A stretch of DNA of 64,000 nucleotides from Octopus vulgaris (taxonomy: Eukaryota), in NCBI GenBank assembly GCA_951406725.2, contig OX597816.1, positions 107,632,001 through 107,696,000 on the forward strand. Reading direction: 5' to 3'. The stretch's first letter is position 1, and each line of letters begins with the position of its first letter. Of this stretch, positions 42,593 through 56,281 are shown in pieces. The translations under genes were made by a program, and so were the position numbers. Below the pieces are notes generated by a model, which was not told where the DNA came from, made no database searches, and was given only the letters and a program-made list of their open reading frames with translations.

Positions 42593-43169
42593 GTAAATAT
42601 TTATTTCGTATATTTTTCACTTGTTTATTGCTTTGGTTTTGTGTTGAGTTTGATCTGAGAACATAGACTTTTTTTGTGGAGAATGGCGATTTGACGTCTA
42701 TATCTAGCATGTTGACTGTCCACTTTTCGTGTTCAGCCCTTAATTGGTATATATATATATATTCTTTTATTCTTTTATATGTATATTATTCTTTCGAAGT
42801 TTCGGCCAGTTAAGCCATCATACGACCGTTATCTGACTGAAAATTCGAAGTCATTCTCAATACTAACACTGGGTAAAAGGTAAAAGAAATTGCATTTTAC
42901 AAAAGATAGGGAATAATCCTTCGATCATGCCGAAATATAATAATATCTGTTTCATCACACGATTTCATATCAGGAATTTTGCAAAACAAATACATGTGTC
43001 TATTATAACTCTCCATAAAAACCAATATGCATACATATAAATGTGTGTGTGCGTGTGTATCCCCGTCCCTCCCAACTCCCCACTCACATACTCCTCATCC
43101 CCTGCCTTCCAGCCTTCAACCACCCCAAAACCCCACCACCCCTCCTACTTCTGTCCCATCAACCCCTTC

Positions 43170-43579
43170 TCCACTTCAGTCTGTTGTTACCATTCCTCCA
43201 GATCTTCTTCTCTTTGAGGCGGTGCGCTCCCTCCTCAGTAAGAATCCGCGCTTCAACCCCCTCACTCCACCCAGCATCGAATTTCGGACTCGTGCTGATA
43301 TCCACAGCTTTGTGCGCCGCGTTAGGTTGTGTGCGCTTTTCCGCGACACTCCACTTGCATCTAATGAGGAGGATTGCTTCACCGACCTGGGCCGCCGACC
43401 ACCTCAGTGGCGCCAGCTCCTGGCCAGTTCCAAGCAGTCGATCTTTTTGCGGACGCCGGCCAGCGCGCTGGGGACCGGTTTGACCTTTCCAAGCGTCCCC
43501 GGCATCTGAATATCTCCCCTGCCGAACTCTCAGCCCTTGGATGTCTCCGACACCGCACGGATATCATCATAAAACCGGG

Positions 43580-43580
<1 letters not shown>
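43170..43580 (+). mobile_element. PLE N-terminal ORF fragment (pre-RT region)
   Basis: SLLSKNPRFNP..DIHSFVRRVRL..F, then by frameshift LNISPAELSALGCLRHRTDIIIKP, truncated at (CA)n just before the expected ADKG. Confidence 0.75.
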
Positions 43581-43619
<39 letters not shown>

Positions 43620-43790
43620 ACACAGACACAGACACATACACACACACACACATATCAAGAATTGAACAGAGAGAACACAAGGAGAAAACACAGCAAGCGG
43701 AAGACGAAAACCAACGATAACCACAACATACGGTAATACGTATGTGTGAATGTGTGTACATGCATTTATATATTTATGCGTACGCACACA

Positions 43791-43827
<37 letters not shown>

Positions 43828-45053
43828 ACACACACATACACACACACACATACACACACACATACACACACACGCGCATGCACACACGCACACACCCACA
43901 CACACACACACACACGCAATCTGTCAAAATACCTTAGAGTAAAGTATTGCTGAAGACTGATTAAATCCTTACATGTTAATCAAATCATACTCTTAAGCTG
44001 AAGAAGTCGTAGAAGTACCTTCACTCTCTTTAAATGGCTAAAATCCTAAGAGAACTAACACATTCGGCTATATTCTCTGGTTGAGAAACAGATAGCAACA
44101 TATGAATGTTGCGATATACTATCGTATTACTAATTTTTAATTTTCATTTTCAATCTGTTTATTTTAGAATATCATTCGAGTAACGCTTTTTTGAGTCTTT
44201 TAAAAACGCCATTACTAAAGAGAAAACCGCAGTTTCAAACTACTTGCGGGCCCTACTTTTATCTTTATATGTTTGCGTGCCATCTCCACTTCATTAGGTA
44301 GCCAACTCTTTGTGAGAAATTTTGCCTGCAATGACGGGCTACGTTTTTACAATTATTATCTTAATTTTCTTCACCATTTAAAATCTCCGATGCTCCAATT
44401 ACAGATAATTGGTTTCAAATTTTGTCACTAGGTCAATAATTTCTTGGGAGTGGTTAAGTAGATCACACGGACTAAAATGCTTAACTAGTACTTATTATAT
44501 CGGCCCCGAAAGGATGAAAGCAAAATCGACCTCGGCGGAATTTGATCTCAGAACGTAATGAGGGAGTTAAATGTTGCTCACTATTCTGTCAGTTCATCGC
44601 CCTGATCCAAGTACAAAATATTATTCCAAAATACGTGAATCTAAATTCCTATCAAAATTCATTAAAGTAAATCGGAACGTCCAATAAATGATAACATTTG
44701 GGGTTGCTATATAATTTAACCTTCCACTTTTGTCGACATATTTTTGTATCATTTGTGCACTTTCTCAAATCCCTTACAACAAAATGAATCCAATGAATCC
44801 AATGATGGCAAACCAGCGAACCATAGCTTAGACTGTTCTGCTGTCGCAGAAATGGATTTTTATATCATGTTCGTTTTCTTCTCTGGTGAAAGAGGGACTG
44901 TTTTTTCTAATTACATGAAAAGTCAAATAATTTCCATTTACGCACAGACACCCGAATACATTCAGAAAAAGGTTTAACTTTTAATACCATTAATCAGTAG
45001 CATCTTAGAGCCTCCACCGGTAAAATCAATGTACTGGGCACTATAGTACTTAC

Positions 45054-45147
45054 CTATTAGCAACAAGCCATGGCATACATAGATTAGCATTGGACCTTTT
45101 GACTTGTGGAACCTCAGAAAATTGTTCATGGTGTCCATGCATTAAAA
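45054..45147 (-). CDS. Candidate internal exon (94 nt) of an unidentified gene
   Basis: Acceptor TACATTGCAG| and donor AG|GTAAGT; only one frame is open (LMHGHHEQFSEVPQVKRSNANLCMPWLVAN); non-repetitive context; no homology recognised. Confidence 0.3.
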
Positions 45148-45907
45148 CTGCAATGTAGTTAAATACATAAATGTCACATCCAAATCTGACGTCAAGCGTC
45201 GCCAATTTCTCTAAGTTTCACATTAACTAAATATGCTGTATATTCTACTAAATAATTACGAATGAATTATACATAAATTATAGTTTACAATTCATATTTA
45301 CTTGACTTTCTTGATAATAGATGAGATGATATATATTCAGATAACTAAAAGCAACAAGCAAATTTCTGCATGATTAGGATCTAGATACATATAAAACAGA
45401 TGAACCATCAACTAATGAAAGTGCTTGTGAGATTTAGAATTATTAATGTAACAGCAAGAATAAGAGACGTGAGAAAATAATTATCTAGGTACGTTAAGAA
45501 GCGCTAAAAATGGAAACTGGAAGGAATGAGAAAGAGCTAGTACCGACACAAATTCGAATATAGTCAATATTTATATTTACACATCCTTACTTCTTTAGTA
45601 AAACTGATATGCTTTAGAAATAATTAAGCAAGTGCGTGTGTGGTTATGTGTATATCTCTGACACACATATACATACAAATAGACATTTAAAAAGAGGCTA
45701 CAGTAAAGTGAACGGAGTCAATCTTCTTAATAGGAAAAAATATTAGTGGATTGTTCCCGCCAAGACATCAATAAAATACCTGCATAATAGACCAGACGTT
45801 GTTCTGGGACAGAGAAAAGAAATGCACAGATTCACATATATAATGACATACATGACTGTTTTCATAGATATTAGTGCACACATGTATATGCAAGCTTACT
45901 TACGTGC

Positions 45908-45938
<31 letters not shown>

Positions 45939-45952
45939 CATACATACATACA

Positions 45953-45986
<34 letters not shown>

Positions 45987-46554
45987 CATACATAAAATAA
46001 AACATACAAATCTGCATATATACATTCATAAGTATATACAAAAATACCCTGTTGTTGATGTTTAAATTCCAATGAAAGAGCCTTGGATCTAGGATAGGAA
46101 CCAGCTCTTTTTCTATTGGCAAAAATTCTTGAAATAAAACTGCACAATGACATAGATACAACATACACATACACATACAAATGGAAAGATGCGGTAACCA
46201 GAGAGTTTCGTTTAAGCGTTAACCAGTCACTTTTAATTAATCATTTCTAATGTCAGCAAATGAACTAAAGTCGACAGCCAATAATAAATTTTGTGTGAAT
46301 GTAAACTATTAAAACAGTTTATGTAATTGACAAGCCAATTACAGCAAACATGATTTATAATTAATTAAGTTAATAGAGTCCAGTGGTAGTAATAATAATA
46401 TAACAACGACAATTGAATAGATAATTCAGTTTAGTTTTTAATATACTTTAAACAAAAATGAACTAAAAGAATGGATATGAACAATAGAGAAAAACAGATA
46501 TATCAAATACTACGCAATATAAATTTTTGGTTTATTAAAATCATATCAAATCAT

Positions 46555-46871
46555 AGGTAGCGGGACACCGAAAGGGGTCTCACGGAGTAGTGTCCCTGCC
46601 TTCCTGGGCTAGTTTTCTACCAAATTTCTTAGAAATCGTGGTAGAGGCCTTGGTCTCGGAACCACTCATCTCTAGAAACTGAAGTGGAGGTAAGCAAAGG
46701 CATACTTCCCGTAGAAAATCCAGCTCCAAATAAGCCTCATGATAGCAAAGGAGAATGGGCACCAACAAGCCCAAAAGTTGGGGTGGGCTGCACCTGCCTC
46801 CCTCGGTTATTATGGCATTGAGATAGATCCGGCCACCACCGTTAACGGTAACAAAACCCAGATTTAAAACA

Positions 46872-46943
<72 letters not shown>

Positions 46944-46945
46944 AT
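46555..46945 (+). mobile_element. Unclassified SINE-like retroposon with a (GAT)n tail
   Basis: GC-richer ~320 bp unit ending directly in a long (GAT)n; no ORF recognised. Confidence 0.5.
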
Positions 46946-47103
46946 CCGCCGTTAGGGGATGTGTAACAATTATCGCATTATTTGATATATATGTATTTAC
47001 CTATGTTATTCATACATACGCTACTGGTCATCTCCCTTCGACCAATTTTGTCTAAAATGTGCAAATATACATACACACATAGATGTATGTATTATGTATG
47101 TAT

Positions 47104-47200
<97 letters not shown>

Positions 47201-48798
47201 AAATAGTGAAGAGTGAAAAAACTACAGAAGGCTTAAATGTTAAAAAATATATATATTTGCGTCAATATGTCTGAAGAATATTAGAAAATTAAAAAAATTA
47301 TTTTTTTCTCTTATAATGACATAATCAATCTTTGGAAACCCCCTCTCTCAATACATAAAAGAGAATTGGAAACGATTCTTAGACGATTGTTTTATTCTCT
47401 GGAATGAAAACACAGATAAACTCCTAAAATTTAAAAACCTATTGAACAGCATAAACCCAAATATACAGTTCACAATGGAATACAACCAAAAGGAGCTCCC
47501 GTTCTTGGATATACTAATTAAAAAAATTAACCTTAAAATAGAAACAGACATTTTTTACAAAGCCACAGACGCCAAACAATACCTTCTTTTTAATTTATGC
47601 CACCCAAGACACACTAAATCAAACACCCCCTTCAACCTTGCAAGAAGGATATGCACAATAGTGTCAGAACAAAATACCAGGAACTTTAGACTGCAAGAAC
47701 TCAAAAACACCCTAATTGACAGACATTACCCAGCTCAACTCATAGAGGATGGGATCAGACGTGCAACAGAAATCAACATAGAAACTTTAAGAAAAGTTCA
47801 ACACAACAACACACCTTCCCCGAAAATACTACCTTACATATCTACATACAACCCCAGAAACAAAGAAGCCTTCACCATCATCACCCAGAATTTACCAATA
47901 CTTCATAAAGACCCCAAACTAAAGGAAATTCTAAACATACACCAAATCATTAAAAGCTACGAACAGCCTAAATCACTTAAAAAGATTCTCACAAAGGCAA
48001 AATTGTCTTCTGAAATTACGGATGCAATAGTAAAAAAATGTGGTAGATAGAACTGTGCAACATGTCCTAACCTGCTAGAAGGATCAGAATTCCTCTTTAA
48101 AGAGGGACAGAAATTCAAGATCAAATTTAACTTTACTTGTGCCTCTGAAAACATAATTTATGTCATAAAATGCTCGGGCTGCCACCAAGACTACGTGGGT
48201 TCCACGGGACTATCACTCAGACGTAGATGCACACTGCATCGACAACAGATTGCATTCCCAGAATATAGAATGATACCTTTTAGTGAGCACATTGAGACAT
48301 GCGCAAAGCAACTACTACCACAATTTTTAATCTTTCCATTTTACCAATGTGCTTTCGGATCATCAACACAAATTAGACTAAACAAGGAAACATTCTTCAT
48401 TGAAAAGTACAAGCCCAGACTCAACCATCCGAACATACTGATACAGAGAAATTCACACCAAGGGAAAGGAAAAGATTTTTAAGCGATTATCTCCCTTACA
48501 CCGGAAGAAATCACTCACTACCTTCCCTTATTTAGAACTCTCCTGAACATAAACATAACGATAACTCTATTCAACATAAACATAACGTCGCAAGAAATTT
48601 GAAAAGCTACACGCGAAACCGGTCTTTCTTTTAAATTATGTCATAATAAGAGAAAAAAATTTTTTTTAAAGTTTTCTAATATTCTTCAGACATATTGACG
48701 CAAATATATATATTTTTTAACATTTAAGCCTTCTGTAGTTTTTTCACTCTTTACTATTTTCTATATATTCACCCACGTGCTTTCACAAACCAACTTTC

Positions 48799-48800
<2 letters not shown>
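47201..48800 (+). mobile_element. Penelope-like element (RT C-terminal half, Zn-finger linker, GIY-YIG), 5'-truncated, with an inverted partial pLTR
   Basis: WKRFLDDCFILW, INPNIQFTME..LPFLDI, CHPRHTK, CGR*NCATC, FTCASENIIYVIKCSGC..YVGSTG..RRRCTLH; 47201-47325 is the reverse complement of 48635-48759; both flanks are microsatellites. Confidence 0.93.
48592..48630 (+). ncRNA. Variant minimal HHR (U3-A8 type) in the PLE terminus; copies at 39897-39935 (+) and 39328-39366 (-)
   Basis: AAGAAA-t-TTGAAAA-GC tacac GC-GAAA-CCGG-TC-TTTCTT. Confidence 0.55.
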
Positions 48801-48881
<81 letters not shown>

Positions 48882-49109
48882 CATATCTGTGTGTATGTTT
48901 GTTCGCGCGTGCGTTTTGATAATAGGTAAAACTATTTGGTTTAATAGACGTTAAGGTGAATGAAATTTGAAGTTTTCAGTCAACTTTTACATGTTTAACA
49001 CACAAACACACCTACACACATACACACACACATACTAGTAAGTTTCTCAGAATCCTGTCTTTTCATTTTCTGTTGCCAAAGTAAGACGGCCTTGTACATT
49101 TTAATATTG

Positions 49110-49648
49110 GTTTATAATTTTGGCGTAAGGTCAGAAATTTTGGAGGAGGGGTAAATCGATTACGTCAACTCTAATGTTCATCTGGTAATTACTTTATCGG
49201 TCCAGACAGGGTGAAAAGCAATGTCGACCTCGGCGGAATTTGAACTCAGACCGTAAACGGACGAAATGCCGCTGAGCTTTTCGCCCGGCGTGCTACCAAT
49301 TATGCCAGCTGGTCGCCTTGCTATATTTTAATATTAGTGTATTTAATATTATTCTTGTAACTGTTTTGTTTCTGTGGTTGAATAAATATGTGTTTGTGCT
49401 TTGCCAGGAATTAGTTATTTCTTTACTACCTACAAGGGGCTAAACACAGAGGGGACAAACAAGGACAGATAAACGGATTAAGTCGATTATATCGACCCCA
49501 GTGCGTAACTGGTACTTAATTTATCGACCCCGAAAGGATGAAAGGCAAAGTCGACCTCGGCGGCATTTGAACCCAGAACGTAACGGCAGACGAAATACGG
49601 CTACGCATTTCGCCCGGCGTGCTACCAGTTGTGCTCGCTGACCGCCTT
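49110..49648 (-). mobile_element. Two family B SINEs (49110-49320 and 49415-49648) with different tails
   Basis: Both carry GTCGACCTCGGCGG..TTTGAAC..TTTCGCCCGGCGTGCTACCA. Confidence 0.85.
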
Positions 49649-49699
49649 TGTGTATTTTAATCTTAGTGTATTTAATATTATTCTTGTAACTGTTTAGTT

Positions 49700-52240
49700 T
49701 CTGTTGTTGAATAGATATGTGCTTGTGCTTTGCCTGGAATTAGTGTTAATTTCCGTGTACTTGATAATATTGTGTCTTCCGATATTAGAGATACTAGAAG
49801 AGTCAATGTTATCAGCTAGGTTAATTGCTGTTGGGGATGAGAATGTGACTGTAACTTTACTAAATATGCTATGGAATTTGTGTTTCAGTAGAAAATGTTT
49901 TATTAGTATATCAAAGACGATATCACGTGCTTCTTCTTATGTTCTTAACGCAAGGATCACTAACTTATGTTTCTTCTTCTAGTTGTCTTAGAGTTAGTTT
50001 TTATCTCTTCTTATTTCTTGTGTAGTATTGTTGCAAACCTTAGATTTAGTTCTGTCACAATTATAAGTACTAGTACTAAAAGAATTTTCAGAAGATATTT
50101 CTGTATTCTTAACCTTACAATTATTGTTACTTTTGTCTTTTCATTGTTACGGACGTGGAACGTGAAATATATTAAATTTTCCTGTTATCCGATATTGTGA
50201 TAGCATTACCGTGGTTGATTAGTTTATGCTTCGCTTTTATACTAATGTCGGCTTTTAAGTCTATTAATAGTAACTATAGAAATTGTTTATGCTTTGTATT
50301 TGTCTCTTAGAACATTTATTTCTGTATCAACCGCTCTCCCTTAATTAGTACTTGGGAATTCCGTTATCTTATTATCTTCATATCTATTATCACAATGTTA
50401 TAATCGTTTAGGATCCTTAATTGTTGTAGGTATTAGACAAAAAAGTGTTTAATTTTTCAAATAATTATTAGCAAGAAAATATATTTGTGTATTACTTTTT
50501 GGTTTGGGGAAATGTTTATGCTAATGGTACTGTTTAATTGTTTATAGAGAGAAATTTATGCTATTCTTTTCATTAAAGTCACATCGTTTCAGTTCTTTGT
50601 TATAATATTCTAAATTATATTGGGTTGGCAAAAAAGTAATTTCATTTTTCGCAAATAGATAGAGTTACGAGTTTTTGAATGACTTTTGTCAATGTTATGA
50701 TTTTTTTCCTTTTGACATTTGATAGCCGTTATCTTTAGCTTACTTTAGAAGCTTGCTCGTAATTTTGCTAACGTCTGTTAATTCAGTGTCATTTTGAACA
50801 TGGAGTACGAAAACGAAAATTTTCGCCATGTTTTGCTTTTTATATTTCCGTAAAGACAAGAAAGCTGCTGAGGCTCACAAAGAAATATGTGAAGCGTTGA
50901 TTGCTTAACAGAACCCACCTGTCAGAAATGGTTTGAAGAATTTCGTCCTGGAGATTTTTCCCTCAAAGATGATCAACATTCTGGTCGACCCACCGAAGTT
51001 GATGATGATCGAATCAAAGTCATATTTGAATCTGATTGTCATATAACTGTGCGAGAGATTGCAGAGAGGCTAAATGTATGACGCACAACAATTGAAAATC
51101 ACTTAAAATGTCTTGGACTCAGTAAGAAGCTCAATATCTGGGTTCCACATAAATTGAAAGAGATATACTTAACAGAACGAATCAATATTTGCGATATGCA
51201 TCTCAAACGCAATGAAATCAACCTTTTCTTGAAACGTATAAGCACTTGTGATGAAAAATGGATTGTCTACAATAACATCAATCGAAAACGATCATGGTCC
51301 ATGCGTAATGAACCAGCACAAACCACACCGAAAGCTGAATTGCATCAAAGAAAGGTCATGCTGTTAGTTTGGTGGGATTACAAAGGTGTTGTGTATTTTG
51401 AGCTGCTTTCAAGGAACCAAACGATCAATTCAGATGTTTACTGTAAACAAGTAATGAAGCAATCAGAGAAAAACGGCTAGAATTGGCAAATCATAAAGGA
51501 ATTGTGTTCCACCATGACCACGCTAAACCTCACACGTCTCTGCTAATTCGTGAAAACGTATTGGAAATTGGTTGGGAAGTAATGTCACATCCACCATATA
51601 GCCCTGGCTTTCCATCATCAGATTATCATTTGTTTCGAAGTTTGCAAAATTCTTTGAATGGTAAAACTTTCAATAATGATGATGACCTGTAATCGCACTT
51701 GCTTCAATTTTTGGCTGATAAAGACCAGAAGTCCTATGAGCGCGGAGAGCTCATTGAAAATATGGAAAATATATAATTGATTAAAGTTCATTCATTGTAT
51801 GAAAAAAATGACTTTTATTTCACATTAAAAAACCGAAATTACTTCCTTGCCTACCCAATAATTGAATATCTGGTCATTTCCTGAAAATTTTAATATTCTA
51901 ATTGAAATATGTCTAACAAGATTATGTATAATAGACCTGAGACGATAGAATGCATACAGTGCAATATTTTATTCGCATTGTGGTATGAAAAGTGCTTGCG
52001 AGGGTAACATCAAATAACTTAAATTTTGGCGTTGGTATCAACAGACATAAAAGATTAAAATCTATAAAACAAAACCTTAGTAGGGCCTTTCGAAGTCTTT
52101 CTAAATCTGAAAGGTTACATCTATTTATAATAGTTAAAGCATCATCCCTGTACAAATCGCCACTGATTTTTGGGAGTTAATCCTTCAGTTGATGTGACGA
52201 AAACAGTCCGACCAACTTAGAAGCGTAAATCGAGTCCGAG
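49700..52240 (-). mobile_element. Old PLE RT fragment interrupted by a mariner
   Basis: LVGLF and YRDDALTII..LERLRK..FDVTL (ORF 51922-52155) lie on one side of the mariner; LIKHFLLKHKFHSIFSKVTVTFS (~49840-49910) lies on the other. Confidence 0.65.
50620..51858 (+). mobile_element. Full-length mariner (D,D34D type) with a pseudogenised transposase
   Basis: TIRs TTGGGTTGGCAAAAAAGTAATTTC and GAAATTACTTCCTTGCCTACCCAA, with TA on both sides; WVPHKL, TCDEKW, HHDHAKPH and HPPYSP..SDYHLF. Confidence 0.95.
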
Positions 52241-53929
52241 AAATTATACACACATATGCACACACATGCCCGCGCATACTCACACACATCTGGTTTTCAT
52301 GTCAGGGTATAGCACAGTATAACAAGAGATACGAACTCAGAACATGCAGCTATGTGCATATTATGAATTATCAATTCCTCTCCTCTTTGGATGCTGTCAT
52401 GTCTTACACATGCCTGCATGGCTACACATGGTCACAACAACGTTCATGAATTTTACAGTGGTCAAATAAAATGTAAATTAACGTCAGTGGAATTTTTGTT
52501 CAGACGACTTAATGATGCACAACATTGCTTCAGAGTGTTTATTAAGTGATGAAAACAATATATAAAAACAACCGTCTTGAAACAAAATTAACTACAAAAA
52601 ATAAAATAAAATTCGAACAAATGTTGCTGAGATAAAGAGGATGCTGTTATAAAAAACATACTCTGCTTAATAATACAAAACAAACACAAAAATATACATA
52701 GAGGAAACCACAGAATTGAAAAGTCGTCAAATTATTCACTAAAAACTAAGATAAACAAGCACATATTCACTGAATGAAGTGTAGCCACGATTCGATAAAC
52801 GGTATATTTAGTAATGTTTTAAGCTTCGAAGAATTCTACCAAGATACGGAACTGACCATTTCTGACATTCGCTTAAATTGATTGAATTAAATTTGATTTG
52901 CAACAATAGGATGATTTTATTTTTAGCGATTCTAGATTTTAAGCAAAACATTTGTTAATTAGATTGCTGGTAAAAAGTTTACGATCTTCAACTGCCAACC
53001 ATTAAAACATGGAAATATTTGTCTCTCATTTCTCGAAATTGCCAATACTGGTGAGGTTTTTAGGTGTGTAGCAGGCATAAAATGGTCTCAGGTACAGAAA
53101 ATAGGGGCTTATGCGAGTTATTCCTTGTGTGAGATATATATAAAAAAAAAATAGTCAAGAGAACCACAGGCAATTTGTGCAGTGTAAAAACAAAACAATT
53201 CATGGATCTTTATTTCACAGTGCGATTAAATAAAAGTTTATTTTAAACAAACCTATGATAACTTACAATCTGTGATACCTCCGACAATTCTAGCGTCACA
53301 TATTTGTTTCATTTATGAAAATATACATAAATTCAGTTGATACTGATAAGCATAAATGAGGATAAGGGGAAGATTTCTGGAGTATGTCCGAACGTCTAAA
53401 CGGATTTCCCGTCGTTTTCGTCGAATGACTAATACAGTTGGTCCACCAACGGAATATTTTCGAAGTCCATCAACAGAGTATCTTTCCGTTCTAGTATATG
53501 GTTAGTAAATAAGCATTCCACAGATGTGAACAATAACGAAATATCTAAACAAAACCAGTATGAGATCAGAGTGTATGATGATAATGACACTGTTGACCCA
53601 AACTGTCAGAGTAATTCTGGATAAACATAAAAATGTATAGTAGTCGTTCAGATTTCCCGTGTTGCTCAATGATAACTAGGTACAAACTCGTTAGGAAGCA
53701 TTGTAGCAGTGATCAGATTTTATTGATATGGCAACCAGTATTCAGACTATTTCAACTAATCCTTTTATTTATATAGTAATAATCAAAACAAATTTAGATG
53801 CTCATCTATATTTAGAAGAAGCATGACCAAAGAGCTATGTAGGATAACAATGTTAACAGTTCAGTTATGTTGGTTGACGATGTAAAATTTAAACTCATTT
53901 CGTAACCACAAAATCTTAAATTTTCTCAT

Positions 53930-54098
53930 CCACCGCTTGATAACCAGCGTTGAACACAGTTTCTTTCGGTTTCCTTTCACAAGGCTTTAGTCGGTCCGGG
54001 GCTATAGCAAAATACACTAGTCCAGAGTGCCACGCAGCGTGACGAACCAAAAACCACATAGTTAGGAAGCAAACCTCTTAACCATACAGCCACGCCTG
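53930..54098 (-). mobile_element. Decayed SINE family A
   Basis: Ends CTTAACCATACAGCCACGCC, the reverse complement of the family A head. Confidence 0.65.
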
Positions 54099-54325
54099 AT
54101 GCAGGGTACTGCTACAAATGAAAATTTATCATTGAATATTTCTGTATTTATACGTTCTGTTTCTGTTAGCTATCAACAATATATTTTTCCTTGGAATATT
54201 TGATTAAATAAGTAGAATATTGCCTAAATATTTCTTAAATGTCAAGTATAAACCTAGGTTGTTAACTTTAAGATATGTACATGCACAAAAAATACAGTTC
54301 ATGCATGTACAGTATTGCAGCTAAA

Positions 54326-55189
54326 TCTAATCTATAAAATAAAGAAGGCGAACGTTGATACATATAGAATTTTTTAGGTAAAAAGGGGTCTAAATGGGGC
54401 TGGAAGGGGATTAAAATTTACAGGAGGGGGTAACTTGAGGTGAGAAATTGATTGGGAGACGTTTTGGGGCGCTACAGTGGTTGCTTTGGTGTGAAAACAG
54501 AGATTTTATTGATTTTGGGGGACACTTGGAGGTCTACATTGGACACCTTTTGCCCGATTTCAATCAAATTTTCAACATGGTAAAGTGTAAGCGGATTTGT
54601 AATCTAATCTATAAAATGAAGAAGGCGAACGTTAATGCAAATTGGATTTTTATGTAAAAAGGGGTCTAAATGGGGCTGGAAGGGGATTAAAATTTACGAG
54701 AGGGTGTAACTTGAGGTGAGAAATTGATTGGAAGACGTTTTGGGGCGCTACAGTGGTTGCTTTGGTGAGTCTACTATCCTCAGATTCTATCCCTTCAAAC
54801 TTTGGTTTCCAATATTTTTCAATTTTTATTCAGCTCGATGTTCGTCTGTCCCTTTTAAATGTTAATGTTTTGCTGTCCGCCTTGAAGCAGACCTTTCCGT
54901 TGTCACTGCCTGATATTTGTGACTGATCTTTCAAAATATTACCTTTCTCTTTACTTACTCAAGATCTTTTGTTTTTTTTATAAATGGGAGAGAGACAAAT
55001 AGAGAAAGATAGAGAGTAAAAGAAAGCGAGGGAGAGTCCGAGGTAAAGGAAGAGTAAGAGAGTGAGAAAGTGAGAGAGAAAGGAGAGAGAAACAAAGGGG
55101 GAGAATGTGGCGATAACAAACAGGAAGGAAGCAACAGAAAGTAACAACCACACCATCACCCGCGTGTAGAGCGGGTCACCTTAAGCTAG
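54326..55189 (+). mobile_element. Non-autonomous Helitron with a duplicated 5' end
   Basis: A|TCTAATCTATAAAAT starts at 54326 and again at 54603; 3' hairpin ACCCGC-gtgtaga-GCGGGT is followed by CTAG|T. Confidence 0.85.
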
Positions 55190-55456
55190 TATACAATATA
55201 TAATGAACTGAGAAAATAAACTTCATGTTGTGTAAGATTAAGAAATTTAGAATTTAAACATTAAATATGATCAGCAATAAATTGGTGTATATATATATAT
55301 ATACACGCGCACACACACACACACACGCCCACACACAAACACACACACACACACACATATAGCTTGCTTACAAAGAATAAGTCCTGGGGGCAATTTACTC
55401 AACTAAAGGCGTTGCTCCAGCATGGCCGTAGTCAAATGACTGAAACAAGTAAAAGA

Positions 55457-55509
<53 letters not shown>

Positions 55510-56082
55510 ACACGCACATAAACAGGTGCATATCTAAATATACATACATAAACGTGTGCGTGCGTACACATACATATACATATTCATATTTATAAATCCA
55601 TTATAATGTATCTAATGTGTGACAAGATTAAGAAGAGAGAGTAGGATAGAGAAGGAGAGAAATCAATGATAGTGAATGAGACTGAATATATATTTTAGTA
55701 GAAAAAAAGAATGAAAATTTCTATAAAGCAACCTTGCAAATCACCTCATGAGAATTACTACTCTTCGTCTTATTTTCAGTAAAATGCTTCAAGAATCATT
55801 GCTACCTCCTACTATCGGTTGCTAACACTATATTGAAAAGACACGCCATAAAAGGCAAGCGTAAGATCGTTACTAACAGGATTATAATGTGGAAACTTCG
55901 TCAGCAGATTTTCTTTCTTTGTCTTCAGAAAGGATAAAAGAAAATTTAGCAACTAACGTCAAAATAAAGGAGTAAACGGAAATTCTAAATAGTAGCCAAC
56001 CAAGTTATTAAATACTGATGTTAGAGAAATGAAAGCAAATAAAGAATGTGTGTATATATATGTATATATGTATGCATGTATG

Positions 56083-56137
<55 letters not shown>

Positions 56138-56182
56138 ATGTGTGTATGTACATATATATATATATGTATATGTATGTATATG

Positions 56183-56280
<98 letters not shown>

Positions 56281-56281
<1 letters not shown>

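Noticed and set aside
48048-48050. In-frame stop in the PLE Zn-finger linker as possible selenocysteine recoding
   Set aside because: The codon is TAG, not TGA, and it is at a non-Cys position (Pro in the 59 kb relative), so it is an ordinary nonsense mutation.
53267-53312. RIVGG motif suggesting a trypsin-like protease exon
   Set aside because: No signal peptide and no catalytic His/Asp/Ser motif exons were found, and upstream frames are closed; likely chance.
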